Of a stretch of 64,000 nucleotides of DNA, positions 31,491 through 41,260 are shown piece after piece. The stretch comes from a bacterium. Its GTDB lineage: Bacteria; Verrucomicrobiota; Kiritimatiellia; CAIVKH01. The stretch covers positions 15,389-79,388 of the forward strand of contig JAZDKY010000082.1 in assembly GCA_043802525.1 (NCBI GenBank). Reading direction: 5' to 3'. The notes below the pieces were generated by a model that searched no databases, had not been told where the DNA came from, and worked only from the letters and a program-made list of their open reading frames with translations. Made by a program: the position numbers and the translations under genes. Every line of letters starts with the position of its first letter. The stretch's first letter is position 1.

Positions 31491-32150
31491 GGAATACTTC
31501 CTTTCGGGGCTACTTCCTCGATGAACACATCCTTGGACTACTATGAAGTTCACAACTTGCTGCAATAACGTCCGGGGGCACCCCGCCTATTCAGGGCGCG
31601 TCACATGACACATGACTCATCGACAAAGCAAGTAGTCGACGGAGCGCTCCTCTTTCTTCCCAAAGAACTTCGACAGCGCGGATGATGTTTCCGTCGAGCG
31701 CTCGACTGCGGAGAATAAGGTTGCCGCGCATGCGCGAGACGGGGCCGGCCCGGAGCATGTCCGGCAGCTTCCGGACGCGTCGAAGCCCGGAGCCCCTGGC
31801 CCAACGGGCGCATAGTGCATCGACTACGATGCACTATCAGGGCTAAACGAGAAGACTCCAAAGCGCTGTCACATCGGCCGGCACGCCGTCGGGGGCCAGC
31901 AGGAGGCGCACCACCTGGGTGGCGCGGCCAGCGCCGAGCGCGTTTGACAACCGAGCCGGTCGTACATTCCGCACTCGTCCCGGGAACACCCGGCAACAAC
32001 ACCCTCCATCGCCAGAATTTCATGGCACCCCTACCAAGAAACGAACCGCACGCGCGTGAAACACATGAACATAATGTAATCGGTTACATTAATGCTTTAA
32101 CGATTTATGTTAGTATGGGGCCCGCCATCGGTCAAGCAAAAAACAAATGT
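31491..32150 (-). promoter_or_regulatory. long conserved 5' leader/promoter region of giant gene 3 (paralogous to 23283-23810); a partial third copy lies at 32160-32290
   Basis: Same conserved blocks as 23283-23810. The TTGCTT-18-TACTAA candidate lies at 32110-32139 (minus strand). The segment ccaaag.gctgtc....tcgg.cgacacgccgtcggggcc.gcag...gcgcgtttgaca is duplicated again at 32176-32275. Confidence 0.5.
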
Positions 32151-32541
32151 GGCGGGGCCAGATTGCGCTAGACCATGAGGTTCCAAAGGGCTGTCCTGTC
32201 GGTCGACACGCCGTCGGGGGCCGGCAGCAGACGCTCCACCTGCGTGGCCCGGTCGGTGCCGAGCGCGTTTGACACGTTCGCGTTTCACGACTAATCCGGG
32301 CTAGAGACCCCCGCCAGCTTATCTGGCGCGGGTCTTCGGAAAATCGCGCTTCGCTTAGACGCATCTTGGAAAACTCCTACGGACGCGACGGAGCGCGTCC
32401 CTCCAGTTTGAAGAACGGCTCCTTTCCCTCATCTTTGGAGGGTCGCGCTACGCTTGCCGCGGCGTAGCCCAGCGAAGACTGGTCGCGAGCGATTGTTTCT
32501 GGAGTTTTGCAAGAGCCTCTCGTTCTTGCGTCTCTTTGCGG

Positions 32542-33942
32542 TTAGAAGTGGGTTGGCTCTCTTCTTAGAAGTTGCCCCCGGCCGATCTTCCCGACGAAGT
32601 TCCCGTCCTGCGCCGCGATCTCGCCGCGCACCGTCACCACACTCGGCCGGCCCTTGATCTCCCAGCCCTCGAACGGGTTGTAGTCGAGGTTCATGTGCTG
32701 GTTCTTCTGCGTGATCGTTCCCCTGTAATTCGGATCGAACACGACCAGGTCCGCATCGCTCCCGACCGCGATCGTGCCCTTGCGCGGGAACAGGCCAAAC
32801 AGCTTCGCCGCCGCCGTGCTCGCCGTGTCGACAAACCGGTGCAGGTCGATACGCCCCGCGGCCACGCCGTGCGTGTAGTAGATGGTGATCCGGTCCTCGA
32901 GCGACGGGATCCCGTTCGGGATCTTCGTGAAGTCCCCACGGCCCATTTCCTTCTGCCCCCTGAAATCGAACGGCGCGTGGTCCGTCGCCAGCGTGCTGAC
33001 AAAACCCTGCCGCAATGCGTTCCAGAACACGGTCTGGTTCTTCTTGTCCCGCAGAGGCGGCGACATGATGAACTTCGACCCTTCGAAGTCCGGCAGCTCC
33101 GCGTGGGTCATGTCGAGCGTCAGATACTGGATCAGCGTCTCGACCCAGATCTTCACGCCTCGTTCCTTCGCGCGAAGTGCGGCACGGAGCGATTCCTCAC
33201 AGCTCGTGTGGACGACATACACGTGCGCGTCGTGCAGTTGCGCGAACGTCGCCAGATGGTGCACCCCCTCGGCCTCGACCATCGGCGGCCGGCTCCAGTA
33301 GTGCCATTTCGGATCGGTTTTCTTCTCAGCCAGGAGTTCCTGCTGCCGCTGCGCGACAAGGTCCGCGTTCTCGCAGTGCGCGGTCGTGATGACACCGAGC
33401 GACTTCGCAAGCTTGAGCACCTGGTATAGCTCCTCGTCGGTCACACCGAAGAAATTCTTGTACGCCAGGAATATCTTGAAGCTGCTGATCCCGGCCTTGA
33501 CGATCTCGCGCAGCTCGCCTTCCGCCTTCGCGTCGTAGCGCGGCACGCCCATGTGGAAGGTGAAGTCGCACGCGCTTTTGCCCTCGGCCTTGCCGAGCCA
33601 CAACTCGTAGGACTTGAGCAGCTCATCGCTCCGCGACGGGCAGCACATCTCGATCAGGGTCGTCGTCCCGCCGACCAGCGCCGCCTTGCTCGCACTCTCA
33701 TACGTGTCCTTCGCGTACGTGCCCATGAACGGCAGGTAGATGTGGACGTGCGGGTCAATGAAGCCCGGGAACACATACTTTCCCTTCGCATCGATCACCG
33801 TCGCGCCTGCCCCGCTCCCATCGGGGCCCGGCACCTCTAAATTCACGCCGATTTTCGTGATCTGCTCGCCCTCGCAGAGAAGGTCCGCCTTGCAGCGCGC
33901 GTCGGCGGTAATGATCTCACCGTTCCTGATAAGTAGGGCCAT
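32542..33942 (-). CDS. hydA: dihydropyrimidinase / D-hydantoinase
   Basis: MALLIRNGEIITAD...VFPGFIDPHVHIYLPFMGTYAKDTYESASKAALVGGTTTLIEM is the cyclic amidohydrolase signature. Start at ATG 33942. Confidence 0.9.
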   Translation of the reverse strand: MALLIRNGEIITADARCKADLLCEGEQITKIGVNLEVPGPDGSGAGATVIDAKGKYVFPGFIDPHVHIYLPFMGTYAKDTYESASKAALVGGTTTLIEMCCPSRSDELLKSYELWLGKAEGKSACDFTFHMGVPRYDAKAEGELREIVKAGISSFKIFLAYKNFFGVTDEELYQVLKLAKSLGVITTAHCENADLVAQRQQELLAEKKTDPKWHYWSRPPMVEAEGVHHLATFAQLHDAHVYVVHTSCEESLRAALRAKERGVKIWVETLIQYLTLDMTHAELPDFEGSKFIMSPPLRDKKNQTVFWNALRQGFVSTLATDHAPFDFRGQKEMGRGDFTKIPNGIPSLEDRITIYYTHGVAAGRIDLHRFVDTASTAAAKLFGLFPRKGTIAVGSDADLVVFDPNYRGTITQKNQHMNLDYNPFEGWEIKGRPSVVTVRGEIAAQDGNFVGKIGRGQLLRREPTHF

Positions 33943-33954
33943 GACGCCTCCTTG

Positions 33955-34077
33955 CGAATAACCAAGAACCAATAATCAATAACCAAACCGGGCGGAACGA
34001 CTACTGGTTATTGATGTTTGGTTATTGGTGTTTGGTTATTGGTTATTGGTGTTTGGTGTTTGGTGTTTGGTGTTTGG
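33955..34077. repeat. intercistronic oligo-repeat hairpin (aaccaata units facing ttggttat/ttggtgtt octamer array)
   Basis: The left side cgaataaccaagaaccaataatcaataaccaaacc faces ggttattgatgtttggttattggtgtttggttattggttattggtgtttggtgtttggtgtttgg. The array ends 1 nt before the mmsA stop codon (34078). Confidence 0.75.
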
Positions 34078-35574
34078 CTATTTCTCTTTATGCCAGATAT
34101 CCCCCTCGCCAAATTGGAACCACCGCGTCGTGGTCACTTTCTGGCGCGTGTAAAACATCACACCCTCACGGCCTTGCAGATGCAAGTCGCCAAAAAACGA
34201 ATAGTCCCAGCCGCTGAACGGGAACTGCGCGAGCGGCGCGGGCACGCCGACGTTGATCCCGACCATGCCGGACGTGATGCGGTGCCGGAACTCGCGCGCG
34301 ATCTTGCCCGACTGCGTGTAAATGCACGCGCCGTTCCCGAAGATCGTCTTGTTCGCCATTGCCAGCGCGGCCTCGAAGTCCTCGAACCGCATGACGTTCA
34401 GCACCGGCCCGAACACTTCCTCCTGCGCGATCTTCATCCGTGGCTCCACCCGGTCGACGATCGTGGGACCCAGGTAAAAACCGCCCGGGTGCGACGCCAC
34501 GTTCACGCCGCGACCGTCGACGACGACCTCCGCGCCCTCCTTCGCGGCGCTCTCGACGAGTCCCGCAACCTTGTCGCGGTGCTGCGAACTGATGACCGCG
34601 CCCATCTTCGCTTCGGGATCGCGGTCCGTCGCGCCCACCTTGATGGCCCTGACCGCGTCGGCCAGCGGCGGGATGAGCAGGTTCGCCGCCGTGCCGACCG
34701 TCACCACCGTCGATCCGGCCATGCACCGCTGGCCCGCGCAGCCGAACGCCGCGTCGACCAGGCCCGTGATGGAGTTCGTGATGTCGGCGTCCGGCATGAC
34801 GAACACATAGTTCTTCGCGCCGCCGGCGGCCTGGACCCGCTTGCCGTGCTGGGTCCCGGTCTCGAAGATGTACTTCGCGATCGGCGACGAGCCGACGAAC
34901 GATATCGCGCGGATCTTCGGGTGCTTCAGGATCGCGTCGACGCAGTCCTTGCCGCCGTGCACAACGTTCATGACACCCTTCGGCAGCCCCGCCTCCATGA
35001 AAAGCTCCATCAGCCGGATCGAGGTGAGCGGCACCTTCTCGCTCGGTTTGAGGATAAACGTGTTGCCGCACGCGACCGCCAGCGGGTACATCCACATGGG
35101 GACCAGCGCGGGAAAGTTGTACGGACAAATGCCTGCACACACGCCCAGCGGCTGCTTGATGACGTCACAGTCGATCCCGCGCGCGATGTTCTCGAGGATC
35201 TCGCCTTTCAACAGCTCGGGGATCCCGCACGCGTATTCGACAACTTCAATCCCGCGCCGCACGTCGCCGCGGGCCTCGGTCAGCGTCTTCCCGTGCTCGC
35301 GCGTAACGCTTTTCGCCAGTTCCTCGAAGTGGTCCTCGAGCAGGATCTTGTAACGGAACAGGACGCGACACCGCTCGGCCGGCGGCGTCTCCGACCAGTC
35401 GGCGTACGCCATTGCCGCGGCCTGGGCCGCCGCATCGACGATATCCGCCCCGCACATCGGCGTCTCGGCAATCACTTCGCCGGTGGAAGGATTGTGGACC
35501 TTGGTGGTCGTCGCCGTCTTCGGCGTCGACCATTCACCACCGATGAGAACTGGACAGGGTTGCAGATGACTCAT
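34078..35574 (-). CDS. mmsA: CoA-acylating (methyl)malonate-semialdehyde dehydrogenase
   Basis: MSHLQPCPVLIGGEW...; ALDH fold with AFGCAGQRCMA at the catalytic Cys. Start at ATG 35574. Confidence 0.9.
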   Translation of the reverse strand: MSHLQPCPVLIGGEWSTPKTATTTKVHNPSTGEVIAETPMCGADIVDAAAQAAAMAYADWSETPPAERCRVLFRYKILLEDHFEELAKSVTREHGKTLTEARGDVRRGIEVVEYACGIPELLKGEILENIARGIDCDVIKQPLGVCAGICPYNFPALVPMWMYPLAVACGNTFILKPSEKVPLTSIRLMELFMEAGLPKGVMNVVHGGKDCVDAILKHPKIRAISFVGSSPIAKYIFETGTQHGKRVQAAGGAKNYVFVMPDADITNSITGLVDAAFGCAGQRCMAGSTVVTVGTAANLLIPPLADAVRAIKVGATDRDPEAKMGAVISSQHRDKVAGLVESAAKEGAEVVVDGRGVNVASHPGGFYLGPTIVDRVEPRMKIAQEEVFGPVLNVMRFEDFEAALAMANKTIFGNGACIYTQSGKIAREFRHRITSGMVGINVGVPAPLAQFPFSGWDYSFFGDLHLQGREGVMFYTRQKVTTTRWFQFGEGDIWHKEK

Positions 35575-35591
35575 GCGTTTTCTCTTCAAAT

Positions 35592-35721
35592 CGAATAACC
35601 AATCACCAAACACCAATAACCAAATCCACAACCCAAGCCTTTTGGTTATTGGTTATTGGATATTGGTTATTGGATATTGGTTATTGGTTATTGGATATTG
35701 GTTATTGGTTATTGGTTATTT
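35592..35721. repeat. intercistronic oligo-repeat hairpin (ttggttat/ttggatat octamer array)
   Basis: cgaataaccaatcaccaaacaccaataaccaaatcc faces about 10 tandem ttggttat/ttggatat units. The array ends 1 nt before the preA stop codon (35722). Confidence 0.75.
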
Positions 35722-37032
35722 CTAAGGATGCGCCGGGATCGGCTTCATCTCGCCCTTCGCCATGCGCTCCTGGTATTGCTTCCACGACATCGGCATCTCG
35801 CCCGTCTTCACATCGACCATCGAGATACAGTGGTCGACCGGGCAGACGATCGCGCACAGGTTGCAGCCGACACAGTGCTCCACGTTGACCTGCGGGACAG
35901 GCTTGCCCGGCATGCGTCCGGGGCCCAGGCCCTTGTCGTCCGGGCTGACGAGTTCGATGGCCTGGTGCGCGCCGTCTTCGCAGGCGATATAGCACAGGTT
36001 GCAGCCGATGCATTTCTCGTAGTTGATGTCCGCGACGCATTTGTAGTTGAGGTCGAGGTTCTCCCACTTCTCCACCGACTGTACGGCCTTGCCGGTCCAT
36101 TCCGCCATCGTCCTGTAACCCTTCTCGTCCATAAACAAGTTCATGCCGTCGATCATGTCCTCCACGATCCGAAACCCAAAGTGCATGATCGCCGTGCAGA
36201 CCTGGACGCTCCCCGCGCCGAGCGCGATGAATTCTGCCGCGTCCTTCCACGTCGCGATGCCGCCGATGCCCGAGATCGGGATTCCCACCTCCGGGTCCTC
36301 CGCGCAGGCATGCACCATGTGGAGCGCGATCGGCTTCACCGCCGGCCCGCAGTACCCGCCATGCGTGCTCTTGCCCGCAACGCAGGGCTCGGGGCACATG
36401 CGGTCCAGGTTCACCTGCGTGATGCTGTTGATCGTGTTGATGAGCGAGATCGCGTTCGCGCCCGCCTTCTTCGCCGCCCGCGCGGGCTCCGTTATGTCGG
36501 TGACGTTCGGGGTCAGCTTCACGATGACCGGAATCTCCGCGACCTCCATGACCCAGCCGACGATGGTCTCGATCACGCGCGGGTTCTGGCCGACGGCGGA
36601 ACCCATCCCTCGCTCGCACATGCCGTGCGGGCAGCCGAAGTTCAGCTCGACCCCGTCCGCGCCGCAATCGCGCGAACGCTTCATGTAGTCGTGCCAGTTT
36701 TCGCGCGTGTCCGTCATGAGCGATGCGATGATCGCCCTGTCCGGCCACGCTTTCTTGCACTCGGCAAGCTCGCGGAAGTTCGTCTCGGGCGAGCGGTCAC
36801 TGATCAGTTCAATGTTGTTGAACCCGACCATGCGCTGGCCACCCGCGCCGAGCGCAGAGTACCGCGAGCTCACGTTGACGATGGGATCGCCGATCGTCTT
36901 CCAGACCACACCGCCCCATCCCGCCTCAAACGCGCGGTGGCACTGGTACGCCGTGTTCGACGGCGGCCCGGACGCGACCCAGAACGGATTCGGCGATTTG
37001 ATGCCCGCGAAATTGATCGATAAATCAGCCAT
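35722..37032 (-). CDS. preA: NAD-dependent dihydropyrimidine dehydrogenase, PreA subunit (DHODH-like plus 2x[4Fe-4S])
   Basis: MADLSINFAGIKSPNPFWVASGPP...; C-terminal CIGCNLCYIACEDG and CVGCNLCAIVCPVD ferredoxin motifs. Confidence 0.9.
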   Translation of the reverse strand: MADLSINFAGIKSPNPFWVASGPPSNTAYQCHRAFEAGWGGVVWKTIGDPIVNVSSRYSALGAGGQRMVGFNNIELISDRSPETNFRELAECKKAWPDRAIIASLMTDTRENWHDYMKRSRDCGADGVELNFGCPHGMCERGMGSAVGQNPRVIETIVGWVMEVAEIPVIVKLTPNVTDITEPARAAKKAGANAISLINTINSITQVNLDRMCPEPCVAGKSTHGGYCGPAVKPIALHMVHACAEDPEVGIPISGIGGIATWKDAAEFIALGAGSVQVCTAIMHFGFRIVEDMIDGMNLFMDEKGYRTMAEWTGKAVQSVEKWENLDLNYKCVADINYEKCIGCNLCYIACEDGAHQAIELVSPDDKGLGPGRMPGKPVPQVNVEHCVGCNLCAIVCPVDHCISMVDVKTGEMPMSWKQYQERMAKGEMKPIPAHP

Positions 37033-37043
37033 GTCTCTCTCCC

Positions 37044-37117
37044 ATCGTAATCGTAATCCTAATCGTAATCGTAATCCCCTTTTCGATTACGATTAGGATT
37101 ACGATTAAGATTACGAT
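37044..37117. repeat. intercistronic hairpin built of taatcg/taatcc hexamers
   Basis: The left arm atcgtaatcgtaatcctaatcgtaatcgtaatc faces the right arm gattacgattaggattacgattaagattacg. cgtaatcctaatcgtaatc pairs perfectly (19 bp) with gattacgattaggattacg. The right arm covers the preT stop codon (37111-37113). Confidence 0.8.
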
Positions 37118-38571
37118 TTTTGCTTCTCATAATACTCCGCTTCCAGTTCCGGCACCCTGATCGGATGATCAAACCCTGAGCCCGTCGTCTTCTTCCCCGG
37201 AACGCCGAGCCGCGTCGACTGGACCGGCCCGACCACATCCTCGCCCGTCAGCATCTTGTGAATGCCCCGCGCGGCGCGTTTGCCCTCGGCGACGGCGTTG
37301 ACGACTTCGCGCCCGCCGTTGCATGCGTCGCCGCCGGCGTACACCTTCTCCAGGCTCGTCTTGCCCGTGGCGAAGTCGCGCGCGACTACCCCGTCCGTGC
37401 CGATGTCGAGGCCGGGGAACAGCGCCTGGATCTGCTTCGCCCGCGGCTCCTGCCCGAGCGCCTTGATCACCATGTCGAACGGCTCGACAAACTGGGACCT
37501 CTCGACGACTTCGACACGACCCTGTGCGTCGATCCTTGTCTTCGCGAGCGTCAGGCCCGTGACGTGACGCTTGCCCTCGATCATAACCGGAACGGTGCGG
37601 AACATGAATTCGCACCCGTCCTTCTTCGCGATCTCGTACTCGTACGGATACGCGGGCATGTCCTTCTCCCCGCGACGGTAGATGATCACCGCGCGCTCCG
37701 CGCCGAGCCGCTTCGCCTGCGTCACCGCGTCAATCGCCGTGTTACCGCACCCGATGACGGCAACCTTGGCGCCCACGGGAACCTGGTCGAGCGCCTTCGT
37801 GTGGATCAGCTCGATGAAATCCAGCGCCTCGACCACTTCGGGCAGTTCCTCGCCCGGAATACCCAGCTTGTACGTCCGGCCCAGGCCGACGCCTATGAAG
37901 ACCGCGTCAAAGTCCCTCATGAGCTGCTGCGCGTCCACGTCCTTGCCGACTTCCACGCCGGTCTTGATCTCGACGCCGAGGCTCTTCACCAATTCCACTT
38001 CCTCAAGACTCGCCTGCGGCGTGAGCTTGTAGTAGGCGATACCGTACGTGTTGAGCCCGCCCGCCTGCGGCTTCTTCTCGAAAATCACGGCCTGGTGCCC
38101 GAGCTGCGCCAGCTCGGCCGCGCAGCCGAGGCCGGCCGGGCCGCCACCGATGATGGCAATCTTCTTCCCGGACTTCTCCGCCGGGACGCGCAGCACCTTG
38201 AGCTTGTTTTCAAAAACATGGTCCGTCGCGTACCGCTGGAGCCGCCCGATCTTGATCGGTTTCCGGTCGCGGTCCAGCATCACGCACGCGCCTTCGCACA
38301 GGGCCGATGTCGGACAGACGCGGGCGCAGCTCGCGCCGAGCGGGTTGGCTTTGAGGATGGTCCGGCCCGCGCCGGTCAGGTTGCCGGTCGCGATCTTCTT
38401 GATGAAGGCGGGGATATCGATGCCCGTGGGGCACGCCATGATGCACGGCGCGTCGAAGCAGTACAGGCAGCGGTCCGCCTCGACCTGCGCCTCCTGCGGC
38501 CGGTACTTCGGCTCCATCTCGGCCATGTTGGCGGCGGCCGTCTTCGCATCCAGACGGGGCTTAAGACTCAT
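37111..38571 (-). CDS. preT: NAD-dependent dihydropyrimidine dehydrogenase, PreT subunit (GltD-like)
   Basis: CLYCFDAPCIMACPTGIDIP, CARVCPTSALCEGAC and KKIAIIGGGPAGLGCAAEL match the GltD/PreT architecture. Confidence 0.9.
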   Translation of the reverse strand: MSLKPRLDAKTAAANMAEMEPKYRPQEAQVEADRCLYCFDAPCIMACPTGIDIPAFIKKIATGNLTGAGRTILKANPLGASCARVCPTSALCEGACVMLDRDRKPIKIGRLQRYATDHVFENKLKVLRVPAEKSGKKIAIIGGGPAGLGCAAELAQLGHQAVIFEKKPQAGGLNTYGIAYYKLTPQASLEEVELVKSLGVEIKTGVEVGKDVDAQQLMRDFDAVFIGVGLGRTYKLGIPGEELPEVVEALDFIELIHTKALDQVPVGAKVAVIGCGNTAIDAVTQAKRLGAERAVIIYRRGEKDMPAYPYEYEIAKKDGCEFMFRTVPVMIEGKRHVTGLTLAKTRIDAQGRVEVVERSQFVEPFDMVIKALGQEPRAKQIQALFPGLDIGTDGVVARDFATGKTSLEKVYAGGDACNGGREVVNAVAEGKRAARGIHKMLTGEDVVGPVQSTRLGVPGKKTTGSGFDHPIRVPELEAEYYEKQKS

Positions 38572-38585
38572 ACTCGGTTCCTTTA

Positions 38586-38659
38586 TTAACCACGGAGGAC
38601 ACGGAGGAACACGGAGGGAATTCCGGATTCAGAAATCCTCCGTGAACCTCCGCGGTTAA
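38586..38659. repeat. intercistronic palindromic repeat of the cacggagg family
   Basis: ttaaccacggaggacacggaggaacacggagggaattccggattcagaaatcctccgtgaacctccgcggttaa. The terminal ttaa includes the ald stop codon (38656-38658). Relatives lie at 43261-43372, 46618-46713 and 49327-49359. Confidence 0.8.
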
Positions 38660-39756
38660 AATTTCTGCTCCGAAAAAGGCATCCCATGCGCCTCCGCTAC
38701 TGCTTTATAGGTGACGTGCCCGTTGTGCGTGTTCAGGCCCGGGCGCAGTTCCGGGACCTGTTGAAGCGCGCCTTCGAATCCGAGGTTCGCGAGCTTCAAC
38801 GCGTACGGGATCGTCGCGTTGGTCAACGCCTGCGTCGCAGTCCGCGCATACGCGCCGGGCATGTTGGTCACGCAGTAATGGATCGTGTCCTCTTCGACGT
38901 AGATCGGGGTTTCGTGCGTCGTCGGCCGCGACGTCTCGGCGCAGCCGCCCTGGTCGATCGCGATGTCGACGAAGACCGTGCCGGGCTTCGTCACGCGCAG
39001 CATCTCGCGTTTGATCAACTTCGGCGCCCTGGCCCCGGGCACCAGTACCGCCCCGATCAGCAGGTCGACATTCGGGAGCATGTCCATCAGGTTCTGCTCG
39101 TTCGAGTACAGCGTATGCGCCGCGCCGTGCAGGCTGATGTCAAGGAACCGCATCTGCTCGAGATCGACCTCAAGGATCGTCACCTCCGCGCCCATGCCCG
39201 CCGCGACCCGTCCGGCGTTAATGCCCGCCGTGCCCCCTCCTATGATAAGGACATGGCCCGGCAGCACGCCCGGCACGCCGCCGAGCAACACGCCCTTCCC
39301 ACCCTGCGCCTTGCTCAGATAGTACGCGCCAACAATGGCACTCATGCGGCCCGCGATCTCGCTCATCGGCTCGAGGAGCGGCAAACGACGCCCTATCTGC
39401 ACGGTCTCGTACGCGATGCCCGTCGTCTTCGACGCCACCAGCGTCTCGGTCAGCTCTTTCGCCGCCGCGAGGTGGAGATAGGTGAAAAGGAGCAGTCCGG
39501 GACGGAGGAACGAGTACTCCGCCTCCATCGGTTCCTTGACCTTGAGCACCATGTCCGCACCCCACGCATCGGCCGCCGCCGGCACGATCCGCGCGCCCGA
39601 CTGCTCGAACTGCTCGTCGTGAAATCCGCTGCCTTCCCCCGCACCCTTCTGCACCAGCACCTCGTGCCCACCGTGGACCAGCATCCTCGCCCCGGCCGGG
39701 GTACACGCGACGCGGTTCTCTTTGACCTTGATCTCTTTGGGGACGCCGATTTTCAT
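38656..39756 (-). CDS. ald: alanine dehydrogenase
   Basis: [45 protein letters not shown]...[28 protein letters not shown]. Start at ATG 39756. Confidence 0.92.
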   Translation of the reverse strand: MKIGVPKEIKVKENRVACTPAGARMLVHGGHEVLVQKGAGEGSGFHDEQFEQSGARIVPAAADAWGADMVLKVKEPMEAEYSFLRPGLLLFTYLHLAAAKELTETLVASKTTGIAYETVQIGRRLPLLEPMSEIAGRMSAIVGAYYLSKAQGGKGVLLGGVPGVLPGHVLIIGGGTAGINAGRVAAGMGAEVTILEVDLEQMRFLDISLHGAAHTLYSNEQNLMDMLPNVDLLIGAVLVPGARAPKLIKREMLRVTKPGTVFVDIAIDQGGCAETSRPTTHETPIYVEEDTIHYCVTNMPGAYARTATQALTNATIPYALKLANLGFEGALQQVPELRPGLNTHNGHVTYKAVAEAHGMPFSEQKF

Positions 39757-39769
39757 ATGGGGAGGAGAA

Positions 39770-39838
39770 ATGGAGTGTTGGAGTATTGGAGTGATGGGAA
39801 GATTCCCCACAACACTCCATCACTCCACCGCTCCATCA
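39770..39838. repeat. intercistronic hairpin built of ggagtg-type units
   Basis: atggagtgttggagtattggagtgatgg faces ccacaacactccatcactccaccgctccatcac. The right arm covers the transaminase stop codon (39836-39838). Confidence 0.7.
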
Positions 39839-41182
39839 CCCCGCTTCTCCTAATGCCGCATCCAACACATCCAACGCAAACTCCACATCCGCCTCCGTGA
39901 AACACATCGGCGGCGTGCAGCGCAGCACGTTGCCGAACAACCCGCCTTTGCCGATGAGCAACCCGAGGTCCTTCGTCTTTTCGAAAATCGCTGCACACGC
40001 TTCCTTCGCGGGCTCTTTGGTCTTCCGGTCCTTCACCAGTTCCAGCGCCACCATCAGCCCTTTGCCTCGAACATCTCCAACGATTGGAAATTTATCTCTC
40101 AATTTTTCCAATCCTTGGAAAAATTGTGCGCCGAGGTCGAGGCACCGCTTCTGGTAGCCGTCGCGGTCGATGATCTTGAGCACCTCATGCCCAATCGCGC
40201 AGGACACCGGGTTGCCGCCGAAGGTGTTGAAGTGGATTTTCTGCGTGAGCGTCGCCGCGATCTTCGGCGTCGTCACGACCGCGGCCAGCGGCGCGCCGTT
40301 GCCGATGCTCTTCGCCATCGTCACGATGTCCGGGATCACGCCCTGCGTCTCAAAGCCCCAGTAGTGCGTGCCTGTACGGCCGAACCCGGTCTGCACCTCG
40401 TCAGCAATGCAGAGCCCGCCCGCGTCGTGCACGTGTTTATACGCCTCCTGCAGGTAGCCGTCCGGGAACACGATCACGCCGCCGACACCCTGGATCGACT
40501 CGGCGAAAAAGCCCGCAATCTTGCCCGGCGTCGCGAACCGGATCAGGTCCTGGACGTCCCACGCGTAGTTCTTCCCCGCGTCCCCGTCGTCGTACCCGTG
40601 CGGGCCACGGTAGCGGTCCGGCGCCAGCGCGTGGTGGACGCCGAAGCTGTGCGGGACGTTGAATTTCCACGTGTTGTGCGCGGTCAGGCCCATGGTCGAC
40701 GCGATCCCGCCGTGGTACGCGTTGCGGAGCGCGATCACGTCGTAGTTTCCCGTGTAGAGCCGCGCCATCAGGATCGCGAGGTCGTTCGCCTCCGACCCGG
40801 AATTGACGAAGTAACAGACCTTGAGATCGCCCGGCATCTTCGCCGCCAGCGCCTTCGCGTAGTCCGTAATGACCGGGTTCAGGTAGATCGTCGTCGTGTG
40901 CGAAATCTTGTTGATCTGCTCCGTCGCCGCGCGGACCGTGTCCGGGTGCGCGTGGCCCACGCTGACCGTGACGATGCCACCAAAGCCGTCGACGTAACGC
41001 CGCCCGTTCTGGTCCCACACGTACTGCATCGACCCCTCCACGATCATGATCGGGTTCTTGTAGTAGAGGAACAGCCCCGGGTTCAGGAACTGCTTCCGCA
41101 TCGCGAGCACCTCGTCGATCGAGGGCCCTTTGTACGGCGCGGGTTTGTGATCACAAGGTGGAAGTGTCGGTGTCCTGCTCAT
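39836..41182 (-). CDS. class-III aminotransferase, AGXT2-like (beta-alanine/beta-aminoisobutyrate:pyruvate type)
   Basis: [40 protein letters not shown]...[11 protein letters not shown]...[14 protein letters not shown]...TMAKSIGNG. Context is the pyrimidine catabolism cluster. Confidence 0.88.
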   Translation of the reverse strand: MSRTPTLPPCDHKPAPYKGPSIDEVLAMRKQFLNPGLFLYYKNPIMIVEGSMQYVWDQNGRRYVDGFGGIVTVSVGHAHPDTVRAATEQINKISHTTTIYLNPVITDYAKALAAKMPGDLKVCYFVNSGSEANDLAILMARLYTGNYDVIALRNAYHGGIASTMGLTAHNTWKFNVPHSFGVHHALAPDRYRGPHGYDDGDAGKNYAWDVQDLIRFATPGKIAGFFAESIQGVGGVIVFPDGYLQEAYKHVHDAGGLCIADEVQTGFGRTGTHYWGFETQGVIPDIVTMAKSIGNGAPLAAVVTTPKIAATLTQKIHFNTFGGNPVSCAIGHEVLKIIDRDGYQKRCLDLGAQFFQGLEKLRDKFPIVGDVRGKGLMVALELVKDRKTKEPAKEACAAIFEKTKDLGLLIGKGGLFGNVLRCTPPMCFTEADVEFALDVLDAALGEAG

Positions 41183-41183
41183 A

Positions 41184-41260
41184 AATCCTAATCGTAATCC
41201 TAATCGTAATCGTAATCCTAATCGTAATCGTAATCCTAATCGTAATCGTAATCGTAATCG
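41184..41260. repeat. tandem array of about 12 taatcg/taatcc hexamers in the operon 5' region
   Basis: aatcctaatcgtaatcctaatcgtaatcgtaatcctaatcgtaatcgtaatcctaatcgtaatcgtaatcgtaatcg uses the same hexamers as the hairpin at 37044-37117. I saw no inverted partner here. Confidence 0.8.

Noticed and set aside
34018-35598. Long plus-strand ORFs opposite the catabolic operon (34018..35598, 35656..37023, 37258..38589, 38686..39900, 40115..41191)
   Set aside because: Each is antisense to an enzyme gene with unambiguous family motifs, and the translations are Arg/Asp/His-rich shadows.
35649-35888. ORFs translating tandem repeats (MVIGYWLLDIGYWLL..., 34011..34217 MMFGYWCLVIGYW..., 41151..41372 ...[10 protein letters not shown]...)
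   Set aside because: They are products of reading through octamer/hexamer arrays. They have no start context, and the periodic peptides are identical to the repeat period.
37044-37125. Hairpin followed by TTTTT on the plus strand, read as a plus-strand intrinsic terminator
   Set aside because: No plus-strand gene ends upstream of it. Both neighbours are minus-strand genes of one operon, and on that strand no U-run follows the hairpin.
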